This document shows positions 50,469 through 59,303 of a DNA stretch of 60,982 nt, piece by piece. The notes under the pieces are model-generated. The model saw only the letters and a program-made list of their open reading frames with translations. It did not search any database and had not been told where the DNA came from. The DNA is from Vampirovibrionaceae bacterium NZW_1234 (GTDB lineage: Bacteria; Cyanobacteriota; Vampirovibrionia; Vampirovibrionales; JAGQHJ01), in the NCBI GenBank assembly GCA_041697335.1, contig JBGUGD010000019.1, forward strand, positions 1 through 60,982, given 5' to 3'. The position numbers and the translations under genes were made by a program. Every line of letters starts with the position of its first letter. Position 1 is the first letter of the stretch.

Positions 50469-51158
50469 ATGAAATCCAATTGGATGATCTTAAGTCTTTT
50501 GGCCACCCTGTCCATAGCCTCTGCCATTGCCGATGACACGGTAAACCCAGCTCAGAACCTGTCGGGTACTGTTCAATATTCCAATACGGCTCCAGCGACT
50601 CCCGCACCCGAAGCCGTGAATATGATGAACGTGGCCACCCCAGCGGCTGCACTGGCTGCCCGCGACTACTTGTCGATTAGCACTGAACCCGTTCAAGGTA
50701 AAGGGGGCTATCAAGCCGTTCGCTACACCATTAAAAACCTGCAACCCAACCACCTGCAAATCATCAGTGGTGAAGTCCTCAACAGTGTGGATGAAGTGGC
50801 TGCCGCCAACCGTGAATTGCAACAGGCCAACACTCGTAAAAAAGTAGCCGGTGGTGTTCTCAGAGGCTTATCGGCTCTCCCGTTTGCCGGTGGTTTCGGT
50901 TACGCCAGTGTGGGTGCTTATCGTGCCGCTGCTGTTGGTACGCATCTGGCCAACGCCGCTGCCACCACCATGGACAACACCGCCGAAGGCAATGTGCTTA
51001 ATGTGGAAGGTCGTTTTATTCGCAACCTGAACTCCGTTGTGATCAACCCGAACGAAACCTATACGTTTTCCTCCTTGATCCTCAACGGCGAAACCCCGCG
51101 CATTAAACTGGTCTTCAAAAACCTGGAAACCAACCAGATTTTCGACCTCCAACAATAA
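50469..51158 (+). CDS. Secreted hypothetical protein
   Basis: Signal peptide ending AIA-DD; RBS aggag. Confidence 0.75.
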   Translation: MKSNWMILSLLATLSIASAIADDTVNPAQNLSGTVQYSNTAPATPAPEAVNMMNVATPAAALAARDYLSISTEPVQGKGGYQAVRYTIKNLQPNHLQIISGEVLNSVDEVAAANRELQQANTRKKVAGGVLRGLSALPFAGGFGYASVGAYRAAAVGTHLANAAATTMDNTAEGNVLNVEGRFIRNLNSVVINPNETYTFSSLILNGETPRIKLVFKNLETNQIFDLQQ

Positions 51159-51170
51159 CCAAATTCCCCA

Positions 51171-51207
51171 AAAAGCCACCCCCAACCGCAAGGCTGGGGG
51201 TGGTTTT
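51171..51207 (+). terminator. Intrinsic terminator
   Basis: aaaagccaccccca...tgggggtggtttt. Confidence 0.75.
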
Positions 51208-51210
51208 CCG

Positions 51211-51439
51211 TTCGTGCGGATATCAATAATGGGGACGCTGTCCCCAAACCCCTGCCAAAGGGCCACCTGGCCCTCTGGACACCCAATCGGGATAGTTAGG
51301 GAGGGGGCTTTTTCTAGGCCATGTTACCTGGAGGTTCAAAGGCCCCCTCCCTAACTATCCCACACGGGGTCCCAAGGGGCCGTGAGGCCCTTTGGTGGGG
51401 GTTTGGGGGCAAGGCCCCCATTATCGACATTCGCACGAA
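51211..51439. mobile_element. 229-bp palindromic MITE/REP-like element
   Basis: 24-bp terminal inverted repeats (21/24 match), perfect 20-bp internal IR 51289-308/51342-61, GGGG/CCCC hairpins. Confidence 0.75.
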
Positions 51440-51500
51440 TAGAAAAACGCCTCCCAGGCCGTGAGGGTGGGAGGCGGCATTTTGTGGTGGATTAGGGAAA

Positions 51501-52862
51501 TCAGGGAGATTCTTCGCCGTACCAGTCGATATGGCGTGTGATGAACATAATGGCGGTCAGGACGATGAACAGGCCGATGGTACCGAAGAGCAAGGACAGA
51601 TCCTCCAGTTGCAGTAAGATGTACAGGTAGCCATAGAGAATGGCCAGGAGTGTGGCGATGATGAGGGGCGCCTGTTTCCGGATATTGCCCAGGATGGCTT
51701 TGGAATACAGGCTGAGCGTGGTGACGGTGGACAGGCTGGCGATGAGGTAGGCCCAGCTGAAGCCCAGGATCTCGGCCAAGGCCAGCAGGAGCAGGTAGAA
51801 CAAGCAGAGCGAACACCCGACCAAAAGGTATTGGAAGGCGTGAATTCGGAATTTGGCCAGGAGTTCAAAGAGAAAGTAGGTCGAAAAGGTCAGGACCAGG
51901 AAAAGTACCCCGTATTTGGTGGCTCGTTCCGCTTGTCGATAGGTGTCGACGGGAGACAGCAGCGATACCGTCACCTGGGATTGGGTGAGTTTGTCTTCCA
52001 GGCGATCGGTGTAGATAAAGGCTTGTCCGTAGCTGCGGGCAAAGTAGGGGATTTCCCAGTTGGCCGTAAAGCCTTTTTCAGTGATATGGCGCTGGTTGGG
52101 CAGGGTGTTGCCGGAGAAGCTCGGGGTTTTCCAGGGTGAGGCCATTTCGATTTTGCTCTGTTTTCCGATAGGCGCTACAGAGAAGGCTTCGCTGCCTCTC
52201 AGGGCCATGGAGAGTTCAAAAGGGAGAGTGGTGTTTTGGGCTTGAACAGGGGTGGGAGTGTACATGCCGGCATTGACCAGGCGACTGCCGTTGGTGCCGG
52301 GGAGCAGTTCCAGGGGTTTGTTTTGCCAATGTAGGCGAGGCATTTGCTGGAGGCCCTTGGGTTGGGTCAGGCCGACGGTGAGAAAGGCTTTGTCCCAGGC
52401 GATGGATTCTTTGGCAATGGGCAGGGTATTCAGGGCATCGAAGGAGAAGTTGCCTTCAATGTGGATGTCGTTGGTGTAAACGACGGATTTAAAAATGCCG
52501 CGATAGCGGGTTTCCGGTTTCAGTTGGGTCGATACGTGGTAGTGATTCGGCAGGAGATAAATGTAGTCTTGTTCGTGTTGCGGAATTTTTCGCCCTCGTG
52601 AGTCTTCAATCATAATCGTGTGTTTGTAGGGCAGGACCAGGACAGGGCCGGTGAAATTCTGGGCTTCTGCCCAGGTGCTGGCGATATCGGCGGTGACTTC
52701 GTTTTTGCGCATCTGGCGCTCGGAAATCACACCGAGAATCATGCCAAGGGGAATGAGCATGCCGATGATGAGGACGGTAATCAATGCGATTTTCCGCATC
52801 ACATGGCCTTGTGTGCCAGTTTTTCGTGCGGGATTCTGGGGCAGTGGTATGGCTTCGGACAT
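51501..52862 (-). CDS. creD: Inner membrane protein CreD
   Basis: ISERQ.R, RYRGIF, WKTPSFSG..LP, RATKYG, IHAFQYLLVG, LLLLALAE, TRHIDWY. Confidence 0.93.
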   Translation of the reverse strand: MSEAIPLPQNPARKTGTQGHVMRKIALITVLIIGMLIPLGMILGVISERQMRKNEVTADIASTWAEAQNFTGPVLVLPYKHTIMIEDSRGRKIPQHEQDYIYLLPNHYHVSTQLKPETRYRGIFKSVVYTNDIHIEGNFSFDALNTLPIAKESIAWDKAFLTVGLTQPKGLQQMPRLHWQNKPLELLPGTNGSRLVNAGMYTPTPVQAQNTTLPFELSMALRGSEAFSVAPIGKQSKIEMASPWKTPSFSGNTLPNQRHITEKGFTANWEIPYFARSYGQAFIYTDRLEDKLTQSQVTVSLLSPVDTYRQAERATKYGVLFLVLTFSTYFLFELLAKFRIHAFQYLLVGCSLCLFYLLLLALAEILGFSWAYLIASLSTVTTLSLYSKAILGNIRKQAPLIIATLLAILYGYLYILLQLEDLSLLFGTIGLFIVLTAIMFITRHIDWYGEESP

Positions 52863-52921
52863 CAGACAGGAACTCCTTCAACGTTGCTAACATCGGGTTG
52901 TTATGATGATGACAATCTGAT

Positions 52922-52982
52922 GTGCAAGAACCGCTGCGATTTGATGCAACGTTGATGCGATTGGTGTGCAATTTTTGTGCAG
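52922..52982 (-). promoter_or_regulatory. Array of six direct-repeat hexamers, putative response-regulator boxes
   Basis: On the - strand: ctgcac, ttgcac, tcgcat, ttgcat, tcgcag, ttgcac with periods 11,11,11,10,12 upstream of creD. Confidence 0.7.
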
Positions 52983-53022
52983 CTGTTGTGAATCGAAATG
53001 CTGAATTGAGATAAAAAATGCC

Positions 53023-54615
53023 CTAATACGGTGTGGGCAAGGTGATTTGGAAGCAGGCCCCGGTGTCGGAGGGTGCCAGCACAATATCGCCCTGTTGGCC
53101 CTGAAGCAGGGCTTTAATGATGCTGAGGCCCAGGCCGGTGCCACCGGCGGTGCGCCGGGTAGTAAAGAAGGGGGTGAAGATCTGGTCCTGATTGGCTTCG
53201 GAGATGCCAGGCCCATTGTCCAGAACCTTGATGTTCAGGGTCTCATTGTCAGCTGCCCATGCAATCGTGACCTGGGTGGCGCCTGCAAGGAGACTATTTT
53301 CCAAGAGGTTGCCAAATACCGCTTCGAGGCTTTCCATGGTCATTTGGACAGCGAGGGGACTTTCAGGCCATGGGGGCGATATCTCGAGGGCGAGGCCCCG
53401 GGGGGCATAGTAGGTTTGCAGGGATTCCAGAACGGGTTTGAGATCGACACTGGTTTCCTGGGGCTGGCTCATATCAGCTCGGGCCAGTTCCAGCAAGCGT
53501 GTGACCAGGCGTTTCAGTCGGTCGGTGTCTTCTGCGATATTGTTGATAAAGCGCTGTTGTTGCTCCAGGGGCATCTCCTGCAAGTGATCCCGCAGGAGTT
53601 CGATGCTGCCCTGGATGGCCGTGAGCGGGGTCTTGAACTCGTGCGACACATGGGTGGCAAAATGCTGAATGTAGTCGCTGCGTCGTTGCAGCGTGTCGGC
53701 CATGGTGGCGATGCTGTTTGAAAGCTGATCGATTTCCAGGGTCATGGGGTGCTTAATGGGTAAGGCTACGGCTTTTTCGCCTCGGGCCACCCGCCGGGTT
53801 TGTTCCACCAGGGTGAGGAGGGGGTAGCTCATGGTGAAGGATGTAAAGGTGGTTGTGGCAATCACGATGCCCAACAGGATCAAAAGCGTTGCCGTTAGTT
53901 CAAAGCGTTTGCCATAGAGGGCTTTCATCAGATCGGTGGGGGTGCGGTTGACCCAGACCACGCCCAGGAGCCGGTTCTCGTGAACAATGGGCAGCGCCAC
54001 AAAGACATTAATTGTGGCGCCGCGACTCAGGGACCCCAGCGGAACCGGGTCCGGAGAGGTTCGGCGTTGACGAAGCATACTGACCGGGCTACCCTGCCGG
54101 GCCTGCTTAAATTCGTCGATGTGGGCAAAGGAGAGACCTCGTTCTTCTTGGCCTGCCACCACAATGCCATGAGGGTCTAGGACCTTGATGCCTGAGAGTG
54201 TGATGCGTTGGGCTTCCCGGAGGATGGGTTGGATCGCGAGACCGGCTTTAATAGCCCGAGGGTGCGGGCTTTGTTGCGACTGCTCGGGTTTCGGGCGCGG
54301 CGGTAACACCGGGTCGGTGGCCAGATCCAGCTTGGGCGTGACGGCAGTCATGCCGTTGCCGGGGAAAGCATGATCGGATAATGTAGGGCCCAGCGAGGGC
54401 AAGCTACCGTTGGCGGTCCGAAGGAGCTCGTGCTTATAGGTGGCGGCCACAAAGGCGGCCTGGGAAATCAGTTCCGACTCGGTTTGGCGGACCAGGGCGC
54501 TTTCATAGATGCGCAGAAGATAGAGGCTGCCCAGGGGCAGGATTAAAAACACGAGGTTTAAAATCAGCAGCATCGATTTAATGGAGGGTAGCCGCGCCGA
54601 AGACGAGTGGGCCAT
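53023..54615 (-). CDS. Sensor histidine kinase (CreC-like context)
   Basis: Two TMs, HAMP, H-box SHEFKTPL, NLLENS, DNGPG, FTPFFTT, GGTGLGL. Confidence 0.93.
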   Translation of the reverse strand: MAHSSSARLPSIKSMLLILNLVFLILPLGSLYLLRIYESALVRQTESELISQAAFVAATYKHELLRTANGSLPSLGPTLSDHAFPGNGMTAVTPKLDLATDPVLPPRPKPEQSQQSPHPRAIKAGLAIQPILREAQRITLSGIKVLDPHGIVVAGQEERGLSFAHIDEFKQARQGSPVSMLRQRRTSPDPVPLGSLSRGATINVFVALPIVHENRLLGVVWVNRTPTDLMKALYGKRFELTATLLILLGIVIATTTFTSFTMSYPLLTLVEQTRRVARGEKAVALPIKHPMTLEIDQLSNSIATMADTLQRRSDYIQHFATHVSHEFKTPLTAIQGSIELLRDHLQEMPLEQQQRFINNIAEDTDRLKRLVTRLLELARADMSQPQETSVDLKPVLESLQTYYAPRGLALEISPPWPESPLAVQMTMESLEAVFGNLLENSLLAGATQVTIAWAADNETLNIKVLDNGPGISEANQDQIFTPFFTTRRTAGGTGLGLSIIKALLQGQQGDIVLAPSDTGACFQITLPTPY

Positions 54616-55313
54616 TAGCGGCAGTCACCCAGCTTGTAGCCAAAGCCATGAACGGTCTCGACCACGTTTTTGCAGCCAATATCGCTGAATTTCTGGCGAA
54701 GGCGCCGTACGTGGCTGTCGATGGTGCGGTGGGAAACGATGTCTTTGAAGACGTCCATATCAATCAGCTCGTCCCGGGTGTAGACTTTCTGGGGGTGGCG
54801 CATCAGGGTGCTCAGAATGTTGTATTCCGTTGCCGTCAGCGTGAGCGGTAGATTCTGCCAAGAGACTTCGTAGGTGGTGGGGTTGAGCTGGACGTTGGCA
54901 TGCTGGTATAGCGCAGGCTCGGTGGTCGGCGGTGACTGGGGCAGCAGGCGTTTAAACAGCACCCGGACCCGGGCCACCAGCTCGCGAGGGCTAAAGGGCT
55001 TGGTCATATAGTCATCCCCGCCGATTTCCAGGCCAATGATGCGATCGATTTCGTCATCCCGAGAGGATAAGAAGATGATGGGCGTGTTGTCGGTTTTTCT
55101 CAGGGTGCGGCACATATCCAGGCCGTTCATCTCAGGCATCATCACATCCAGAACAATCAGGTCCGGCTTTTCGGCCAGGGCCATGGTGAGGCCGTGTTCA
55201 CCATTTTCGGCTTCCAGCACCTGAAAATGCTCTTTTTCCAGGGCATAGCGGATCACCTCCCGAATATGGGGGTCATCATCCACCACTAAAATCCGTTGGG
55301 TTGCCGGGGGCAT
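54615..55313 (-). CDS. OmpR-family response regulator (CreB-like context)
   Basis: VVDDD, LDVMMP, KPFSPREL, winged-helix RTIDSHVRRLRQK, ETVHGFGY. Confidence 0.95.
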   Translation of the reverse strand: MPPATQRILVVDDDPHIREVIRYALEKEHFQVLEAENGEHGLTMALAEKPDLIVLDVMMPEMNGLDMCRTLRKTDNTPIIFLSSRDDEIDRIIGLEIGGDDYMTKPFSPRELVARVRVLFKRLLPQSPPTTEPALYQHANVQLNPTTYEVSWQNLPLTLTATEYNILSTLMRHPQKVYTRDELIDMDVFKDIVSHRTIDSHVRRLRQKFSDIGCKNVVETVHGFGYKLGDCR

Positions 55314-55351
55314 TGGAGAGCCTGCGATTATAACGTCGTGTCCTTATGGTA

Positions 55352-56146
55352 TCACGCCCGAGCCGGTTGACCCAGGCTTTCCGAACGGGAGGCGAGTGTC
55401 GTTGCAAGGGCGTGCGGGGTGGCAAAGGATGGGGCCGGATCCAGGCGCCCTGAGGCCAGATCGTGCTCGCCCACAGCGGTGTCGGTAATAAAGGGATTCC
55501 GGGGATTGTGCACCCAAGAACGCCCATCGGCGTGAAGCACGTTGACGGCCCGTACGCCCGGGGCCAAGGTGTACAGATTAACGGTATCCGGCCCGACGCC
55601 GCCGGCGACAAACGTGGGGATCCGCATTTCTCCGGCCAGGGTGCTGAGGGCGTCGATGCCAGCCACAATGTCTTCGCCGGATTCCGCTTCAGTGGGATCC
55701 GTGGAAAAGGGGCGCTGCGGATGGGCCTGAATCCACTGTTTCATCCGGGAGACAAGTTGCGACTTCAGGCCTTCTCGCTGATCGGCTTCAAGGGTTCTAG
55801 GGATGGGCAGGCCCAGACGTGTGGCCAGATCGCCTAGGGGCATGGCGGTTCCCATGGAGAGGTTAATGGCGGCCACGGCCTTGCCCGAGGCCACATGCGC
55901 TTTCACCTGGTTGACCAGTTGCTTGAGGGCTTCGCCGATGCGATAGCCGCCGCCCGGATCTCGGTTGGCCTGGACGGGAATCACCGAAAGCCGGGGAAAG
56001 GTTTTGTGCATCACGCCCATCACCAGGCGACCGTGATCGGTGTGAAAGTCATCCACCTGGAAGACGTCACCCACAGGTGTGTTTCGTGTTGTTGCACTGC
56101 TCTGTTCCCCAAAGCGAGGTGCTAACCATAACGCAGTCCGTATCAT
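55352..56146 (-). CDS. Degenerate subtilase (S8)-like protein with an RFG leader
   Basis: VDDF, HGRLV, INLSMG, VAGG and PSFATP align with the S8 D/H/S motifs. Confidence 0.6.
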   Translation of the reverse strand: MIRTALWLAPRFGEQSSATTRNTPVGDVFQVDDFHTDHGRLVMGVMHKTFPRLSVIPVQANRDPGGGYRIGEALKQLVNQVKAHVASGKAVAAINLSMGTAMPLGDLATRLGLPIPRTLEADQREGLKSQLVSRMKQWIQAHPQRPFSTDPTEAESGEDIVAGIDALSTLAGEMRIPTFVAGGVGPDTVNLYTLAPGVRAVNVLHADGRSWVHNPRNPFITDTAVGEHDLASGRLDPAPSFATPHALATTLASRSESLGQPARA

Positions 56147-56338
56147 TATCCCAAACTCCCGACGTATTCGGCCCAACCCAGTTATAGAATGCCTTCCAAC
56201 CTAAACTTGTGATGCCCACTGTAGCATAAAACAGCACTGGCTTAAACCTTCCGAAGGATATCATTTGCCATCCTACTGTGTTTTTGGTCTCATATTGGGA
56301 ATCAAATCACGTTAACGTTGTCCAGTGAGGGATGTTTT

Positions 56339-56728
56339 ATGAAACTTCCAACGATGTTGCCGCTTCGCTTTGGCACCCGGTACCGTTTCGATCTGGCAAA
56401 AGCACCGCAATTGCCTCAGGAGCGGGTTGATTTTGCCTTGCAGAAAATTAGTAAAGACTTCGGGACGTCCGTGGATGTCCGCTATGAGCGCATCAACTAC
56501 CAGCGCCGTCTGTTTGACAATCAGGGGCAGGAGGTCCAGGTGGATCAGATGGAGCCCAAGCACTGGGCCAACGTGGATATTTACACCCCCCGCACCCAAC
56601 CCAAGCCGGTGAACCAATTACCGGAGTTGCACGAGATCGATATTTACAGTACCAAACCCCCGACGACCCCTGATGCGGCTTTCGAGCGGGTCCTTGAAGA
56701 GGCCAAGGTCGAGTACCAGAAATTCTAG
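56339..56728 (+). CDS. Hypothetical protein with an RFG leader
   Basis: MKLPTMLPLRFG; RBS gaggg. Confidence 0.7.
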   Translation: MKLPTMLPLRFGTRYRFDLAKAPQLPQERVDFALQKISKDFGTSVDVRYERINYQRRLFDNQGQEVQVDQMEPKHWANVDIYTPRTQPKPVNQLPELHEIDIYSTKPPTTPDAAFERVLEEAKVEYQKF

Positions 56729-56816
56729 TTGTTTCGGCCCTTTCGCCCGGGCTTGACGCCGCCGTCTGCTTGCGACTTAATGACAGCATTGTCGAGGGTT
56801 GCGAGGAGGTTTTCTG

Positions 56817-57926
56817 ATGGTCCGGGTTGCTGAATATCGTCCAATTCGAGGCGCCATTGTTTTTCCGGCGGCGGTGAGATCGCCCGCACCGTTGCGATTT
56901 GGCGCCGAGCCAGCGCCGCCCATCCTCCAGACCCGACGGGAGGGGGCGACCCAGTACTTATGTCTCAGCGATCTGGGCAATGCCAACCGACTGTCCCGGC
57001 GAATGATCCATGCGCTGGAGGCGGCCTTTATTCAGGCTGAGAAAGACCCCGGCGTTAAGCGCATTGTGTTGGAAAGCGCCCACGAAAAGCATTTTTCCCC
57101 CGGTGCGGACTTGTTCCCGGAGATGGCTGTGTTAAACCAGTACAACGCCACGCTGGACAAATATCTGCCCTTCGTCCCCAAGAAAGTCCGGCGGACCATG
57201 GCGAGCCTGTGGCTGATTCCTTCGGTCCGGCGCTTCGCCTTGGACGGCTACCGCCTGCACCAGCGCATCGCCAACTCCCCTAAAGTGACGGTGGCCAAGA
57301 TGAACGGCTCGGCTATCGGCGGCGGTGTGGAGCTGGGGCTGGTGTGTGACTATATCATCGCGTCGCCCAAGACCCGACTGGTGCTGCCCGAGGTCAAGTA
57401 TGGGCTGTCTCCGGACTGGGGCGCCACGGAGCGCCTTCCCCAGCGCCTGGGCCGTACCCTGTCCAAGTTCCTGATTCTGGAGGGCGGCCTCATGGCGGAC
57501 AAGGGCATGGACAGCCCGGCAACCCTGTCGGCGGAAGACGCTCAAAAAATCGGCCTGGTGGATGCCGTCGTCCCTGCCGAATCACTGGATGCCTATCTGA
57601 CCCAGGCCTTTGACGCCGGTCAGTTTTCTACCAAGGCCAACCGCCCCAAGACTGCTGTAGCCGTCGACGCCATGGATGCCAAGATTCTGCCTCGCCTTCA
57701 AGGCACCCCCTTTGCGGCCAAGTTTCACCGCTATAAAACCGCTTCGGTGGATGATCTGATGGCCAACGAACTCCGGGGGCTCTACCGCCCCACGGTGGAG
57801 ATGGCCCTGCGCCGCATCGACAACGGCCCCAAGGTCAGCCGGTGGACCGTTGAAAAAGATCTGTTAACCATGTTCGGTTACTTTGCCCGTGTTCATCACG
57901 CCAAGAAGAAAGCCGCAGCCCAATAG
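56817..57926 (+). CDS. Enoyl-CoA hydratase/isomerase (crotonase) family protein with an RFG leader
   Basis: FSPGADL, NGSAIGGGVEL, LPEVKYGL.P; RBS gaggagg. Confidence 0.88.
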   Translation: MVRVAEYRPIRGAIVFPAAVRSPAPLRFGAEPAPPILQTRREGATQYLCLSDLGNANRLSRRMIHALEAAFIQAEKDPGVKRIVLESAHEKHFSPGADLFPEMAVLNQYNATLDKYLPFVPKKVRRTMASLWLIPSVRRFALDGYRLHQRIANSPKVTVAKMNGSAIGGGVELGLVCDYIIASPKTRLVLPEVKYGLSPDWGATERLPQRLGRTLSKFLILEGGLMADKGMDSPATLSAEDAQKIGLVDAVVPAESLDAYLTQAFDAGQFSTKANRPKTAVAVDAMDAKILPRLQGTPFAAKFHRYKTASVDDLMANELRGLYRPTVEMALRRIDNGPKVSRWTVEKDLLTMFGYFARVHHAKKKAAAQ

Positions 57927-57956
57927 CGGGGCAACGAAACAAGGGACGCCTGCTGC

Positions 57957-58493
57957 TTAGAGATCGATCTGAACGGCGTCCTGGGTGTTGTGGAAGTGAT
58001 CCAGTAGCGTATGACTTTCGGCCAGCCCTATCAGACGTTCACGAGTGACATGGTGAAGGTTGGCACCAAGCAGGCCCATGTTAAACCCTTCCGGGGCCGG
58101 TGCTTTTTCCAGATCTGCATCTTCCATCACTCGGGGAGTCACTTTTCCAGCCGCTTGCTGGGCTACGAGGGCTTCTGTAAAGGCTTTTAAATACTGGGCT
58201 TTTCGGCTTAATATGGCCATGGCCAGCTTGGCGACATCCGGGCCATCCACCACCAGGCTATGAAAGGGGTTAATGGGAAAGGCCACGGCCTTGGGCGTCT
58301 CGCCTCCCCCCGGCTGCGAGCGGACCAGCTGATCCACGTGATCCTGAACTTTTGCTTGAAACAACACCTGGGCGTCAGTCATGGCCTTCATGTAGGCCTC
58401 GGACTCCGCCGGGGTCGAATCCGGTTTCCAGACAGGCGGGTTGACTAGGCGCCCTTCAAGACGAGCAACACTGCCAAAGCGAACAGATACCAT
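57957..58493 (-). CDS. Hypothetical protein with an RFG leader
   Basis: MVSVRFG; RBS ggag. Confidence 0.7.
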   Translation of the reverse strand: MVSVRFGSVARLEGRLVNPPVWKPDSTPAESEAYMKAMTDAQVLFQAKVQDHVDQLVRSQPGGGETPKAVAFPINPFHSLVVDGPDVAKLAMAILSRKAQYLKAFTEALVAQQAAGKVTPRVMEDADLEKAPAPEGFNMGLLGANLHHVTRERLIGLAESHTLLDHFHNTQDAVQIDL

Positions 58494-58684
58494 TGGTTTC
58501 TACTCCCATCGAATCATTAGGGTTTCAAAATACCACAAACATAAAAGTACTGAAAACCGGGACCACGATGCTGGCCAATTCTTAGGATTCTCTGAAGATT
58601 GCTCCCGAGGGCTGGACCGCTCATGGGGTCTGTGGGACAATTCGGGCGTTCTGATGGATTCCCCGTGATGTGGATGCCGATCCC

Positions 58685-59059
58685 ATGAAAATCCCTCCCA
58701 TCTGCTGTTCTGCCGCCCGCGCCCTTCGGGCCATACCCAAGGCCAAGCCCGTGGCGACGTTGTATGCTCAAATCGCCAGCGTTCAGCACCAGATTCGTCA
58801 GGCCGAGGCCGACGGGTTGCCGACCGACCAACTGGAGCGTTTGCTTTCTGATGTGCAAAGCAGGCTCAGCTCTACCCTGGCCGGGGTGTCAGAACCCGCC
58901 GACGCTGCCCAAGCCACTGCCGAAATGGTGCCCGAGCCCACCGAGGACCTCCGGGACACCGGAACATCAGACCCCTTCGACCCCTTTGCCAATAGCGACT
59001 CCCTCTCGTCCCCGCCGCCCCCGTCCTCCTGCGGAAGCCGCCTCGATGTCCGGGGCTGA
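58685..59059 (+). CDS. Hypothetical protein
   Basis: Short coiled coil, acidic linker, C-terminal GSRLDVRG. Confidence 0.55.
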   Translation: MKIPPICCSAARALRAIPKAKPVATLYAQIASVQHQIRQAEADGLPTDQLERLLSDVQSRLSSTLAGVSEPADAAQATAEMVPEPTEDLRDTGTSDPFDPFANSDSLSSPPPPSSCGSRLDVRG

Positions 59060-59109
59060 GCCAGGCCGGAGAAACCCCGTGCTATGGGTGTCGTTGTTCA
59101 GATCTTTAC

Positions 59110-59138
59110 TTGGATTTGAAGACACTCTCTGCTAATAT
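59110..59138 (+). promoter_or_regulatory. Promoter of the host tRNA-Leu gene
   Basis: TTGGAT-17 nt-TAATAT with an extended TG, 12 nt upstream of the tRNA 5' half. Confidence 0.55.
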
Positions 59139-59150
59139 CGAGAATCACTT

Positions 59151-59189
59151 GCCCCGGTGGCGGAATCGGTAGACGCGACGGACTTAAAA
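59151..59189 (+). pseudogene. 5' half of tRNA-Leu(UAA), truncated after the anticodon loop (putative attL)
   Basis: GCCCCGG-TG-GCGGAATCGGTAGACGC-G-ACGGA-CTTAAAA followed by CCTGA instead of the required TCCGT. Confidence 0.88.
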
Positions 59190-59303
59190 CCTGAAGCGTC
59201 AACCAAAAGCCGCTCAGGGAGCAAATCTTCAAAAAGTATAGGTGAGACTCAAGTCTCACTTTCTCGAAGAAGATGGGCACCGTATAATGAACTAATCCCT
59301 AAT

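Noticed and set aside
49082..55837. Long antisense ORFs over pseB, creD, the kinase and the regulator
   Set aside because: Shadow frames of well-supported GC-rich genes on the opposite strand
56150..56200. Sigma28-type promoters upstream of RFG-leader genes (GCCGAATA and GTCGA-like words)
   Set aside because: No consistently spaced TAAA -35 element across the genes; cannot be supported by eye
59151..59303. Group I intron in tRNA-Leu(UAA), as found in cyanobacteria
   Set aside because: No P1 guide complementary to GGACTT, no recognisable P/Q/R/S core, no matching 3' exon, and a full tRNA begins 114 bp later
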